DNA of 64,000 bases from the NCBI GenBank assembly GCA_018398765.1, contig JAHBMJ010000488.1:62001-126000 (forward strand), given 5' to 3'. Shown piece after piece: positions 1 to 13,880 of this stretch. Both the position numbers and the translations under genes were made by a program. Position 1 is the stretch's first letter, and the number at the start of each line of letters is the position of its first letter. The notes under the pieces were generated by a model. It saw only the letters and a program-made list of their open reading frames with translations. It was not told the DNA's origin and ran no database searches. The DNA is from Chromera velia (taxonomy: Eukaryota).

Positions 1-3000
1 GGATTCGAAGGTCAAAAAACGAAAATGGAGCGAAATCTCCTGAACGAAGACATGAAGAAGAGAGGCACTTGAACCCACTGAATGCTGGCAGAAAAAAACA
101 AATTGAATTAATAAGAGGCTGCTGTTCAACAAAACGAAAACCGGCGGCGCTTCTTTGCTTCTTTCCATGTGATGCACACACCCCATCTGACTGCCTGCCT
201 GGCTGACCGACCTCTCCGGGCAGGTCGATGTCCTTGTCGAGGTTGCACTGCCTGGCGGTAGCAACGATGGAGTTGCAGATGGAGGGTCCTCTTGCTTCGT
301 TCTCTCTGAGGGCCTGGTAGGACTTGACCAACTCGGAAAGCTCCTTCAGACCCTTGTACAGCCCGGCGTTCTCAGCAGGGGGGGTCAGGTAAGAGATCGT
401 GGCGGCGTAGGAGCTGCATTCATTCGTGTTTTCATTCATTCATTCATTCATTGATTCATTCATTCATTCACTCATTCATTCATTCACTCGTTCGTCATTC
501 ATTCACTCGTTCGTCATTCATTCATTCATTCATTCATTCATTCATTCATTCATTCACTCGTTCGTCATTCATTCATTCATCCATCCATACATTCATTCAC
601 TCATCCATTCATCCGTTCCTTCATTCATCCAGTGCTTTCACTTGTTTAGTCAGTTTCGGAGGGAGGGAGGGAGGCAGGGAGGGAGAAAGGGAGATTTCGT
701 GTCAACAGCTGCAGTGAAGCACGTGGAGAGAGACAGATAGGCGCATGCAATGCAAGGGCATGCCTCGAGGAGGAACTCAAGAAGCTGTGTTCCCTTTCTT
801 TTGGGGACAGGACACACACGCACACACGCACACATACACACACGGCCAACAGGCTGCTGACCGTCTCTTGGCGATTGTGGCTTCGGAGGGGTTGTTGGCG
901 GCGTAGTAGTAGAGGTTCGGGGTTGTGCCGATGAGTTTGTCGGGGTAGCATCCTTCGGACATGCCCACCTGCTTGCCGGGCATGAACTCCAGAGAACCGT
1001 GGGTACCGAAGTGGAGGACTGCGTCGGCACCGAAAACCTGCAATTTCAATTCCAATGTAAGTGCGTCCGTTGACGGGGGGCGGGGGCTTCGGGGAAGGCA
1101 CCAAAAAAACACAATACATCAGACGTGCTTGGGGGAAGGAAATTCAGGGTGCACCGAATAACCAATCGGCCTGCGGGGCGTTCAAGACTCAGGGCAGCCG
1201 TCTCTCTTTCTCTTTCTGACTTATGCACGATACACAAGTTGGCAAGAAGGCGATTCGCTCTGTAGATTCATGTATCGGTTCCTCGGTGATTGCTTTTGTT
1301 TGCCTGTATTTACTTTCATACAGAATTCTTTTTCTGGATGAAAGTAAATACAAAAACAATTAAAACGGGTTCCTCGGTGATTGCTTTTGTTTGCCTGCCG
1401 ACCTTCTCGAGATAGGTGTAGTAGGCGGCAAATCCGTGGTGGGGGGAGGCGGACTTTGCGAAGAGGAGTCTCATCGGATCGCCCTCGTACCCGAAGGTCG
1501 GCTGGATGCCAATGAAGACGTTGCCGAACTTGACACCAAGCACCAGCATGTTCTGACCGTCGCTGTTCAAGTTCCCGGGAGCAGGGCCCCAGTTCTCCTC
1601 CAACTCCTGAAAGAAGGAAAATTACATGCGTTTATTTTCATCCAGAAATGAAAAATGAAAATAAAAAATGAATTCTGTATGAAAATAAACGCAAGCAGGG
1701 CCCCAGTTCTCCTCGAGCTCCTGGAAGAAGAAAGAGAGAAAGAAGGAAGGAAAAAGGGCAAGAGATTTCATTCATACTGTGAGTGAAAAGGGAACCAGTC
1801 CAGTTCCTCGGCAGCCACGGGAACGGCGAGGGCGTAGATGGATTAGCAAGAAGGGCAGACAGAGTGTTAGGCAGAAACATCGGAACGGATGCTGACTGAA
1901 GAGAGAGAAGCAGACCGACCGACCGACCGACCTTGTAGTAGGGTGTGAGTTCCTTGTACTCCTTCACGGGCATTTTGTACGCCACGTTGAGTGTGGGGGA
2001 GTCGAACTTGGCCTCCTTGTCATGGAGGACAGAGTTCATCAACGCCTCAGGGGATTCGGGGAGGGTCTCGCCGAGATCGTACCCTCTCTCCTTCAGCTCA
2101 CCCAGAACCTGATCGCGGGAAGCAAATAAACAGAGGCAGATATACAATGAGTTAACGTTATCATACACGCAAAGGTGCTCCAGATCGCTCCTGCTGCGCA
2201 CACCCAGAGCCTGGACACGAAACATGAAAGGGAAGGGCGAACCCAGAGAGCCTTGAGACGTCCGACGGAAGAACTCACTCACGGAGGCAGCAGGAAAGGA
2301 ACACTATGCATGCGCCAAAACAAAAAAACAACAGACAGACAGACAGACCTGATAGATGGAGTTGAACACGTCCAGGTAGGCCGCCGTGCCGACGTTTCCC
2401 TTGTCGGGAGGGAAGGAGAAAACCGTCACTGCAACCTTCTTGTCCTTGTTGGGCTTCCGGCGAAGGGAAGACCACTTGGCAACGCGCTCAGCGAGGAGAG
2501 AAATACGGTCCTGCAGGTGAGTGAGGAGAGGAGATGGATGCATGTTTGTTCGTTCATTCATGAAGATCGATCAAGAAAGTAAACGTCTCCCTCTGTTCAA
2601 CCGGGCTAGGAACCTCCCTCGGTGATGGTAGACAGCGGGAGAGGAACCTTGTGGGCAACTAGGTATGAAAGCCGTTTGCAAAATGGCATGAAGAGACCGA
2701 GACAGAGTCACACACAGAGATCCCAAAAAGAAAGGAAAGGAGCCCTTTCGCCCCCCCCTCTTCTCAACAAAACGACCGACCAACCGCCATCGGGACGTTC
2801 CTTCCAGTCACACCCTCACGTCCAGCGAAGATGAGAGGCTCGATAGCACCATCGATCTCGGGCAGAGAGACCTGAAGGGAACGGAAGGGAAAGGAGAGAG
2901 AGCACAAAAGAGGTGGAGGCCCAAAAAGAAAGAAAGAAAAGACGTCCAAAAAAGAAAGAAAAAAAAGGATGACCCGGGATTTGGGAAAGAAAAGAGCCTC

Positions 3001-6000
3001 GCATCCTTTCTTCTTGCTTTCACGGACCAACTAATGAAAGCCCACTCTGCATGCGTGTACCTGTCTGCCCTGTGCACATCCCCCTCCCCCCCCCCCCCNN
3101 NNNNNNNNNCCCCCCCCCCCCCCCCCGACCTGCAATGCCACTTGCACAGGGTGGAGTCCGAGCTCGCTCTTCTTCCACTCCTCGAAGGTCTGAAACACAA
3201 GAGGCAGAGCGCACAGGTAGGGCCTGTTCAGTTTCTGCAGCACCTTCACGGCCTTCGTATGGTCCTGAGACGCTGGCCCCCCCACGAGTGCGAATCCCGT
3301 CAGGTTCACCACAGAGTCCACAGTCGGCTTCCCGTTTTTGTCGTAAAAAAATTCCTCCAGAGGACCAGAGTAATCGAGACCTGAGAAGAAATCAATAGAG
3401 GGGGGCGGAGGGAGGGAGAACAATCAACATGAAGCCGGGGCCTAACAAAACAAAAGAGACCCCCCCTCCATCTCTTGAGGCAAGTCGGCAGTCAGAACAG
3501 AGGTGTCCTCTTCTCATTCCACCACGCACTCTGATCAATCAAGAACACAAATTGATTGACAGTCCATCCCCGTCACACACTCACTTTCTCCATCCATCCA
3601 TCCCACCCAGCAGACCCACCAGCAGAGTAGATGGTGACCACACGGAGTCCCATCGCCTCCAGCTCTGCGATGAAGGACGTGTAGTGAGCTGCGTCCTTGG
3701 TGTTGATATGGGACTTCTGCACCAGCACGCCCACGGTCGGGGCTCTGTCGACGTCAATGCCTGCCTCGGGGCAGTGCACCTTGTCGTACCACTCCAGATA
3801 GGCCTCCGTGGACTCGAACACCTCATCGGCCACAGGGTGCCAGATTCCCTTGGAGGGAAGGAGGACGGGCTTGGTGATGCCGGAACGGTCAACCAGTTCC
3901 TGGCCGGCAATTCCCTGAAAATAATGGAGGGAAAAGGAGAAAGAGAAAAGAGAAGAGATCAGAGACAGAAGAAGGGAAGGAAAATGAAAGAAAGCGAAGA
4001 CGGGAAGGAGTTTTTCGTTTCACGTTTTCCCTCTCTCTCACCTGACGGTCGTTCTGCAAAGTGTCTGGCTGGTTCTCTTGGAGGAAGCAGAAGCAACAGA
4101 AGGAAAAAGATATCAAACATGAAAGCCGATGTGGCAAAGAGAGGTCAGCGTACAGACATGCAAACTTTGGGTGAACACAAGCCCGCAAGACTTTCTGGCT
4201 GCAGACACTGCGTCATGACGTCAAGGCAGGCCCTTTGTTTGTTTGGGTATCTGTCTGTGTGCATGGTCTTCTTTCTCTTCTAGCTGACTGACCTTGCAGT
4301 AGGAGTCGGCGACGTTCAGCAACAGAGCGCTGAGGTTCTCGGGGGAACCATCAAGCCAGTACTGCAACGAATACACAGACACAGGAGGAATAACCAGTGG
4401 AAGCAGCAGTCTAGAGAGGAGAGAGACGAGCGGAGCGTATGAATTCGTTCAAAGATGCAAATCCAGTCGAAGGCTAAATTAATAAAGAAGACGGAACAAA
4501 CGAGAAAGCTCAGGACAGACACGGACGAACGAAGAAGAAACAAACGGACCTGAAAGGAGGTGATGAAGTTCCGAGCGTCCTTCGCCTTTTCCATCGGGAG
4601 GTACTTCAGGACCTGCATGCAGCATGGGTGGAGAAACGTGAATTGAGAAAGAAAGAAAGAAACAAAGAACTGGACGTCCACGACATACATACATTCAATT
4701 TGACGATGGTTTTCTGAATGACTTCCTATCACATTCCTTAGATTTCTGTCCAGAACGATCCCTTTCACTCCGTGCTCTCACCGACCTCACCAAACTAGAG
4801 GCAGGCATCGGTGCCTCATCGCTTGTTTGTCTGTCTGATGTTGTTGGACCTCCAGCTACCTCGGCGGTTGTGCAGCCACACAAAACGTTTTCTATACAGC
4901 TAACGAACACGCCGAGACGTGCTCATAGACTAGGCTGGGTCAACAAATTCATGACCGGTAAATTTGCGTGCGTTGGTTTCTGTACACACAGAGGGTGGGT
5001 GGGGGCCTAGGGGCCTACCTGAGGGAGCGTGCGGACGAGCTTGAGCATGTCTTCCTCAAATTTGGATCCTCCCTTTGCCTTCATTTTCTTCATGAAGTCG
5101 CCGATGGGGCTCTTCTTCTTCCCGGCGTTGCTCATCGAGAAGTTTCCCACCTGCGTGCACTCACTCGTTCATTAATTGCATGCTTCGCTCGTTAATTCGT
5201 TCAACTAGTTACGAGGAAAGACACTAGTCCTTAGTGAGAGAAGGGGCAGAAGCAGTAGGCTACAAAGTTGTCAACACACAACCGCACACACAAACTTCCA
5301 CACAGGCGAAAGGGAGCCAAGAGCCAAAGAGAAAAAGAGGCGGCCATCACCTGTCGACACAAAAAAGGGGCTCTTTCTTCTTTTCTCATCTCATGCGACC
5401 AGCTCCTTTCATTGACCGGTGTCAGGAGTGCTTTGCTGCCTCTTCCTCCCCCCGTCCCTGCCAACCCAACCCAAACCAAGCCAAACCAAACGAACCTTCT
5501 GCAACCTCATCACCTCAGGAAGGGACGGGAAGATCAGACACGTGTCAAGCTGATCTCTGAAGGGAGTCACTGCCTCAACCACCTTCTCCGCCAGCTCCTG
5601 AATAAAAATCAGGGACCTGCACACACAGCCAGCCCAGAGAGAAGAAACAAGGGGACCATCATGCTCAGTGGACACAAAGCCTCAATCAAGCACGATGCAT
5701 GGATGAACGCAAACGTGAATACTGGCTGAGTCCGAGTCCTAGCAGGAAGGAAGGAGCCGATGGAGGAGGAGAGAGAGGGTAAAAGCGGGGGGTGGTGCGT
5801 GTATGCATGTGAGGGATCGATGAGATGGAGGATCTGAGGACAGAGGGAGCCGTGGGGTGGAAAGTTCAATTTTATCGCTTTCGCATTCACCCTGTTGAAT
5901 CTCTCTCGCGTTTGGAAGGAATGATCTTGGCCTCTCTTTCCGCAAACGCCTGAGACCACCTACCCCGCTCCCCTCCCGCCACCACCTGCGCCCCCACACT

Positions 6001-7025
6001 CCTCTCTTCCCCCTTTCTCATGCCCCCACGCCATTCATCCCTCTGCCCCCTCTTCTCTTTTCCCTTCACGCATGTCCCTCGGGCCCTTCACGCATGTCCA
6101 GCATGTCCCTCGGGCCCTTCCCCTTTCCGGCCGTGGGCTCTTCAGGCGACACACACACCTCCTCCCGTTCCTCCTTCCACGCGAACCCGAAGAAAAGCCG
6201 CTGAGAGACGGATGCGGTCGTCCCGGGCAGTCTGCGACTGAGACCCAGCTCACACCCACCCCCAACGTTCCTCGCTAGCTTCTCCGTGCAGCTTCCTCTC
6301 CACATCCCCTCCGCGACGTAAAAAGGCTGAAAGAAGCCTTGGCGTCTCTCTGCCCGTCTCTGCCCCTGGACTTCAAGTCCAGTCTTCGAAGTGACGTTTC
6401 CCAAGACTTTCATGGGCAGAACAGCTGGAAATGCAAGCCAAGTGACCCCATTCTTTTGCTCTCGTACCAAAATCACATGCGAAATGCAACCAACCACCCA
6501 AGCCTAGAAGGCCAAGAGAAAGGAAAGAAGGACTTACCCGATGAAAACATTGGCATCAGAAAGGTCGGCCTTCAACCTCTCCACGTTCTCAGGATCTCTC
6601 AACTCCTCAAGCAGATAACCAACGCACTCAACAGACACCCCCTTCTGTGAAGCGTTAATCTTCTGGCAAGCCTTGGTGAGGGAAGATTGATACTGAGACT
6701 CGAGAACAATGTAGACGACCTTGAACTTTTGCCTTGTGTCTGTCTCTGCAGGTTTTACCCTTCTTGCCTCCGGAGAAGACTCTGTGAACAGCCCTTTCGA
6801 TGGAGCAAGGCTCAAAGCTTCTTTTTTCTTTCCCTTTCTTTGGGTCTTTTTCTCAAGTACTGAAGTTGCTGCAAGAACAGTCTCCTCAGAGTCCCTTACT
6901 GAGGAAGTTACAGAACGAATCGGAGACAAAGCACTTCGACTGCCACCAAAGTCAACAGGTCGAAAGCGAAAGGCCTCCGATCCTGTAAAGAAGGCACCAG
7001 CCAAAAAGGGTGCGAAGAACCTCAT
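1..7025 (-). CDS. chlH: Magnesium chelatase subunit H, plastid-targeted, multi-exon; 3' part runs off the left edge of the window
   Basis: About 13 GT-AG-bounded exons join into ChlH: 7025-6538 ([19 protein letters not shown]...[15 protein letters not shown]...[10 protein letters not shown]...ANVFIG), 5616-5496 ([12 protein letters not shown]...[10 protein letters not shown]), ~5150-5019, ~4612-4550 ([15 protein letters not shown]), ~4362-4293 ([10 protein letters not shown]), ~3914-3618, ~3380-3130 ([15 protein letters not shown]...[11 protein letters not shown]), ~2871-2785 ([10 protein letters not shown]), ~2511-2349 ([19 protein letters not shown]), ~2109-1933, 1606-1403 ([29 protein letters not shown]), ~1038-862 ([16 protein letters not shown]...[17 protein letters not shown]), ~413-212 ([17 protein letters not shown]). 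These are hallmark ChlH/BchH motifs. Confidence 0.96.
416..630. repeat. (TCAT)n microsatellite in a chlH intron
   Basis: Degenerate tandem TCAT/TCAC/TCGT tetramers; they generate the spurious HSFIHSF ORFs. Confidence 0.9.
1277..1397. mobile_element. Micro-hairpin insertion, copy 1, with 30-bp flanking direct repeat
   Basis: GGTTCCTCGGTGATTGCTTTTGTTTGCCTG occurs at 1277-1306 and 1368-1397. Inverted arms TGTATTTACTTTCAT (1305-1319) and ATGAAAGTAAATACA (1338-1352) surround ACAGAATTCTTTTTCTGG. Confidence 0.7.
1580..1730. mobile_element. Micro-hairpin insertion, copy 2, with ~37-bp direct repeat that duplicates a chlH splice acceptor
   Basis: 1580-1616 and 1694-1730 match with 3 mismatches. Inverted arms TGCGTTTATTTTCAT (1627-1641) and ATGAAAATAAACGCA (1679-1693); GAATTCTGTATGAAA core shared with copy 1 in the opposite orientation. 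Confidence 0.75.
3099..3109. other. Assembly gap (N run) within a poly-C tract
   Basis: N characters; other gaps at 49070-49084 and 63889. Confidence 0.95.
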
Positions 7026-8090
7026 TACAACAAACACGCACAAGCAGAATTAAGCAGCAGGAAAGAAAAACTGCACCGAAAGCGGGCAGAGAAAGAGCTG
7101 CTTTCTGCACTAAGTTTTCGAAGCAGCTTTTCTGAAAGCAGATCAACTACTTCGAAAACGTGGACACGGCACGAAAGGAAAACTGTTCTGCAGTCCGATC
7201 ACAAGACCCTATACGTACGTAGAGCAGTATGAATGTTAGCGCCGGAGCAGTTTCTTCCTACGAAGAGTGGAGGAACAGAGTTTTTAGAACACCTTCAAGA
7301 GACTGGAGCTCAGAAGAGACCACTTTACTTGCAATTAAGGTGAAGCGCGGCCGCGCCGCAAAATCACGGAAAAAAAGGCCTCGGAGCGCAGCTCAACTTC
7401 TTTGTTTGGGCCCCAGAAAAAATTTTCCCGCATAACGAACTCCGACGAAGCTATATATATTTATATATATAATTAATTAATTAATTAATATTAATTAAAG
7501 CATGCCTGCATTTATTAATAATTAATCATGGTCAATTGGATAATCGTCTTTTGAATTTTGTCATTTCGGCACTCACCCCTTCCAAACGCGGTGTATCACG
7601 TCGTCTCGGAGGAGGGGCCCCGCGGCCCCGCGGCATGCATTTCAGTGTGTCTCCCCTAAAAAAAAAAAGTCCTTTTCAGTCGCGGCCGGATCCGTCACGC
7701 ATCAACGCGTGCGCGACACGCGGCATGCGAACGGCACAAAAAACGACCGGCACGTTCATACAAAGAGGAGAAAATCGAAGATTTCAATCTTTGAGGGAGT
7801 TTGGTAGGGTGAAGACAGCTCTCTGTCTTGAGCAAGGGTGCATGAGGAATGCGCGTCGAAGATGGGCTTTAAGTTCCCGCTGTCGGCAGCGTGTGAGTCT
7901 AGTCAGAGGAGAGAGCAGTTGAACCGGACGGCCATCTGCAATCGGGGTTGACTTCGTATGTCTGTCTCAACAATCTCCGATTTGTTGATCGAAACACCCG
8001 ATCAGTTAGCCGCTTGAGCAAGCTTCTTCCATTGCCTTGTCGGCTGTGCTTAACTTAGGCTCTGTTTCTGGTCTCATCTCGCGCGGCAAA

Positions 8091-10154
8091 ATGGCCCACC
8101 AGCAAAAAGGAACTACTTCGACTCCGAATGCTAGTAGGGAGGTGAAATACGCGTTTCTGGAAAAGACCTCCATCTGTCGCCATTACCTTGTGGGCAGATG
8201 TGAGTTTTAGTGCAGCCAGATCGTAGCTTCACTCTCTTATGCGTTCATTCGATCCGTTTGTCGGTTTGTTTTCTGTCCCTTCTCCCTTTTATATCTTTAA
8301 CATCTATCTGTCTCGTCTCCTCGTTTACGTGCATGTGTATTTCGAATATTTGTGTCGGGTGCAGGTCGTATGGGAAGAGTCTGCAGATTCGCTCACACGG
8401 ACACGGAGTTGAGGGACAAACCGAATCTGGAGCGCACAAACCTCTGCTTCTCTGTCACGAAGGTCAGTACGAGCCACTGGCAGTCTCCTCGTGTGTTCTG
8501 AAAAGCAGTTTGCTCCCCGCCTCTCTTTTAGTGTACAACCATCCAAGACTTTTGTGCAAGGACATGCGTACGACTGTTTGAATGAAAAGACCCCTTCGTA
8601 CGACCGTGAAGGAAAACTATTACCAAAATGTAACGCATTTGAATCGATCCTTGATTCAACGTATTTTTGCCACTGACTGCAGGGAATCGCATGCAAGAGG
8701 GGTGAAGAGTGCAAGTACGCCCACTCTACGGATGGTGAGTCAGTCTTCTTTTCTTCTTTTTTGGTCTTCTCTTTTCTTCTTTTTTTGTCTGCTCTGCCTG
8801 TCCGCAAGAAGACAGGTCCATTTCTTTCTCTGTTACCCACTCTTCCTCCCCTCTTCGGCAATTTTGACCCTCCTCTCTTCTCTTGTGCTCCTGTCCCTCT
8901 GTTCGTCTTCTCCTCCTGTCCGTCTGTTCGTCTTTCTTTGCTCCGACGGCACTCTTTCTCCGTCCTTGTTTTGTCATAGAAGGATCGTCGTAGAAGAGTC
9001 GGGTAGTCTTTTCTTTCGATCGTTCTCCCTGTCCCGCTCCATTGCAGAGGCATAAGAGTGCCCGACCGAACATCACTGTTTTGTTTGCGGTCTGTCTACA
9101 TTCAAATCATTCCTTCATCAATCCACCCCTTGGTTCACTGGTCATGTTGGTGAGTGCAGAACTGCAAGAGGGGCGCGACAAGTTGGCAGGCACGAACCCC
9201 GCCCTCCTGTCGCGACTCTCCTCTGCCGCTGGAAGGGAGGAGGAAGAGGGAGACGAACAAGAAGAAGGGAGGGAGGAGACATGGGTTCAAGGAGTGAACG
9301 GGAAGGGGTCACCTGTCGATCCCTCCTCTCTCAAACACGTTCCTTCTTCTTCAACTAGTCCGACAGACACTGTAGACTCTGTCGACGGTCCAGGCTCCGC
9401 TTCCACTTTCATCAGTCGCACGACGAGCAGAGCACCCGAAGAACATCTGTCGAAACAGCAAAAGCAGAAAGATGGCCCGGAAAAGCAAAAGGGCGTGCAT
9501 GCGAAGGGAAAGGTGGAGAAACACCAGAAAAGCTCTCTTTCTTCTCTCATCATCGAGAACCCGGAAAACGTGGTCAACGGGGGTGTTTCCCATCAGTCTT
9601 CCCTTTCTCTCGAAGACACATTTGCTCTCTCTCGAGGTCTGTCCTTCGCAGCTCATCAGCAGCCTCCCGGGGGTTCTGCAAACGATTGGTTCCAGCAAAA
9701 GCAGTGTGTGGAGACGGAAAAGCCGTCCTTCTCAGGACAGCAGAGAGAGGGGACGGGGATGAAAACGGCGGTCCCCTCTGCCTCTGTGACTTCGTCCGAC
9801 GAGAACTCGCCCTCACCTCTGCATGAAGAAAAGATGGGGAGGTTGTGTGATCTTCCTCGAGTTCTGCCGTCCCCTGTGCGGCCTGTTCAGGCAGGAGCAG
9901 GGGAGGTGGGGGGGCGAGGTCAAGGAAAGCCGTCTTGTTCGTCTTCGCCTTCCCCCCATTTGCCTTCAGGATGGCAACGTTTGTTCGGTCCTGCGATTGT
10001 CCTTCCCGAGGGAGTGGACCCCGACAGCGGGTGCCAGAAACAAATCGGGGAGTACCTGGCAGACGCTTTTCTTGCCCAACAAAAGGAAAGCTCGATGAGC
10101 ATGCACAGGACAAACTCACGCACTGCTGGTGGGGAAAGGAAGATAAAGGAGTAA
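8091..10154 (+). CDS. Tandem CCCH zinc-finger (TZF/ZFP36-like) putative RNA-binding protein, 4 exons
   Basis: Exons 8091-8199, 8365-8462, 8683-8734 and 9160-10154 join in frame at GT-AG sites. They give KTSICRHYLVGRCRMGRVCRFAH (C-x7-C-x5-C-x3-H), linker ELRDKPNLERTNL, CFSVTKGIACKRGEECKYAH (C-x8-C-x5-C-x3-H), then a long low-complexity tail. Confidence 0.85.
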
Positions 10155-12665
10155 CGACGGGAAAGGGAAAAAGAAAAAGGGTGACCCTCCTCCCCGTCTC
10201 TAGTGAAGAGAAGAGAAGGGTGGGCGAGTGTCATCGAAGCGATCACGTAGGGTCGGAAGTCAATGAAAATGAAAAGGAGAGATTGAAGAGGACCTGCTTG
10301 CCTGTCTGGTAGGACTCTAGAGGAAGGGGAAGGATTGTTGGTGGATGGACTATGAAGTTGCTTGCTTGCTTGCTTGTTTGAATGAATGAATGATTGAATG
10401 AAAGAGAGAGGGAGAGAGAAACAGAAACCCCCCGCGGGAAAAAGAATAGTCAAGCAGAAGAAAGACAAACCGGGCTCTTGTTCCACTTTTTTCTTTTTCG
10501 TGACGAAGCGCATGGCACAGACACACGCAGAAGAGAAGGAAGAGCGAAAGGCAGAAATGACGAGTGAACAGAGGAGGAGAGGAACGAAGCGTTCCTTGCT
10601 TCCCAGGGGAAGAGAGAAAAGAAAGAAAGCAGGGACGGCAGGGGACCCAAACTATCCACCCATACGCATGAGGGCTTCTTTAATCGAGCATGCATACCTT
10701 AAAAAGGCGAACGTGTCTTTCTTGTCTTCCCGCCTTCCTCCCTTCACTACACAAAGCTCGATGTGGCCATGGAAAGAAAGAGAGTAGGAGGAATACCCGC
10801 GGAGAGAGGGGGAAGGATGGAAAAGATGTCATTTGTAAGGGAGACGAAGGATTGGGAACGGCTGTCTTTTCTTTCTGTCTGTCTGTCTCGGCACGCGGTG
10901 TTGGAGTAAAAGGAAGGAGGAAGAGAAAAAGGAAAAACGGGAGGGCGAACTCAATGTGACTGCAAATAGGAGGGGTAGAGATGTAGGTGAGTGAAGGCAT
11001 CGAGGAAGAGCAAAAGCAGACCACCTCGATCGGAAGAGTGGAAGGTCGAAGGATTGCAAAAAATCAGTTCAGTAGTAGTGGGCGGGAAAAGGGCAGAAAA
11101 AGAGTTGGTGGGTCATGAATCGAAAAGGAGACAGTCGGAAAGAAATGGAAGGAGAAAAAAAGACCAAATAACGTGTGATGACGATCTTGTGTCGATTTTC
11201 TCTCTTTCTTTCCCGCTGCTTTTTTCTTTCCCGTCCCGACTGCCTGCCCCTGTCCCCTCCCCAGGATCCCATTCAGATGATCCGATCCTCGCGAGGCCTT
11301 TCATTCTCGTCTGTGTTCGTCCCTCGCGAGCAGAGTCGGCGAAGGTCGACGCCGACACTGCTTGCGTTGTTGTTGTTGTTTCGACGCTTGCTTTGCTTTG
11401 CTTTGCTTTGCTTTGGTAGTCGTTCTCTCCCTCTCTCCCTCCAACTCCACCTGCATGTATCCATCCATACATTCATGTGAGCTCTTTTTGTCCGTCGGTG
11501 CCACTCTGTAAGTACCTATGCTGATGTGTTAATTTTGTGCATGTGTCGGTGCCGTCGGCTCTGCTCGGCGGTTTTCTTGAAGAGTAACCGAAAAGAGGCA
11601 AGAAAGACGACAAAAAATTCCTGGAGAAGGAAAGGAAGGAGAGGGAGGGCATGCATGCACAAGGAAAGAAAGGAAAAGAAGGAGGGGTTCTTCCTTCCTT
11701 CATTCCAACGATCGATGCATGGGGGAGAATTAAACGGAAGGGGGGGAATGGGGCGTCCTTCTTGATGGCCTGCCTGCTTGCTTGCCTATGATGATTGATA
11801 CAGTGAGTGAGTGAAGAAGTAAACGAAAGAAAGAATGAATGGCAGACTGTGGTTGAGGAAGGAAGAAGAAGTGAGGAGAGGAGAGGAAAGAGGGCGGGGC
11901 ACTTCATTCTGCCTGCAGGCTGATGGTATGGGAATAGGCAGTTGTCTCGTCAGGAAAGCTTCTTCGATTTAAAATGGGCTGGCGTTGCTGCTCTACTTTC
12001 GGTCTGCGGGGAGAAAGAGGTGTTTCCGTTCCTTTCTATTCTTTCTGCCACCGTTTTTTCCTTCCGGTTCCTTCGTACTTTCGTCTTTCCCACCATCCTA
12101 TCTCATCCTTCGTTGAGGTTCTCTTATCGGTTTCAGGCCAGAATGCCGAAGACAGAATCTTCCTCGTTCAGATGCGTCATCTAATCTATTAGTCACTCAC
12201 TCCACCTATTCATTCATTCAGTCATTCATCCTCATGTCAACAGTTGGGTCCGGAGGGGGCAGAGCTCGGGGTGTGCCCGCCCTTTCTACTCTGTCTGCCT
12301 GCGTCCCGGTGCGCGCACGAGGCTGACGGAGAGGACCAGTAGTCTCTCTCTCTCTTCCTTTTTTATCGGTCTGTCTGTCTGACTGTCTTAGCTACCTACG
12401 TCACGATAAATTGATTGATTATTGAGTGATTGATGCGTGTACTCGCGGAAGGATGAGCGAAGGATTCCCCACCCCATTCAACGCCCTAAACAGACACACA
12501 AGCAGGAAGGCACGTACGCACGCAATTAAGCAGGTAGGCGGCAGGCTTGATTGATTGATCAATGGCATCATCCATCATACCAAGTAGTCCTTTTTTTACC
12601 TTACAAAACAAAAAATCCTCGTTTCGTCCTCTTTCTTCTCTTTTTCTTACTGACTAACTTTCTTC

Positions 12666-12696
<31 letters not shown>

Positions 12697-13849
12697 TTCT
12701 TTCTTTCCTTCCTTCCTTCCTCCCTCTCTCTCTTTCTCTCTTTGTGCTTCCTGTAGCTCCACCTCGATCATTCGTCTGCCTGCTTGTCTGGCGGGTGGCT
12801 GCTCTCCCTCTTCATCGACTATCTGCCTGCCTGCCTTTCAACTATGTGTCGTCATGAGTCAACGAACGTGTTTTCTTAACGGTCGTTCGCAACTCTAACC
12901 GTTCTTCCTTTCGTTGGTTTTGATCGAATTTTGGCATTTTTTTCTCCTTTCTTCGTATCTTTTCTGATCCACCTTTGTCCACCTTGTGAGCCCTGTCGGT
13001 CTGTAGTTTGTTCCAGGTTCGGTCATTCACGCAGTCGGCCAACTATTCTCTCAATCTTTTCCTGCTTCCTCATTGCATTCAGTCAAGAAGAGACGCGAGG
13101 GTGAAGAGAAGGGGGAGTGTGTTGGTCGCTGCGTGAGGATGGACAGACTCGTGAGAGACCAATTGATTGATATGACGTGAACGAGATGAATGGACGGACA
13201 AACAAGGAGAGAGAGAGAAGACATCAAGCAAGCAAGAGCCATTACGTCGATGCTATTCCTTTCTTTTCGTTTCGAGGACCTTTTGCTTCACTGCATACTG
13301 CATCTGGTCAGGTGTGTCTCCCTCACTCTTCAATCAAGCAACTGCATCTTGTCGATCGTTTTTTGCAGTTTCCTTCCTTTCTTTCTGTCTGTGGTTCTAC
13401 CTGTAGTCCTGTTCTTCCCCCCTTGAAGAAGCTCAGTGAGCTCTTCCCTTCCCTTTCATGCATGTCGGCCCGCTTTCCTTCCATTCCGGCGAAGGCAACA
13501 CGGGCCTGTAGTAAGCGCAACTGCATCCGTTCCCTTTTGTAGCTTCTTGTGCTTGCAGACAAATGAAATGAAAGACAGGGTGCGAGTCTCTCCGTTCCCC
13601 CTTTCTTCGTTCGTTCGTTCGTTGCTGCATGATGCATGAATTGAATGAAGGGCGTCTGCGTCCTCCCTCATATTTTTGCGTAGTCGGCAGGCTGAAATGA
13701 TGCCATGCCAGGTAGTCTTTTTTTTCAAGCGAAATTAAGATCTGTTCGTACGTCTGTCTCATCTCTTGCATCGTTTTTTGTCTTTCTTTCTTTCTTTCTG
13801 TCTCTTTTGGCTGCCGCTGGCGCGTTGGGCATAAGACACAATGTCTCCC

Positions 13850-13880
<31 letters not shown>

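Noticed and set aside
6062..6120. Short nested tandem repeats in chlH intron 1
   Set aside because: Consistent with local slippage; no further structure.
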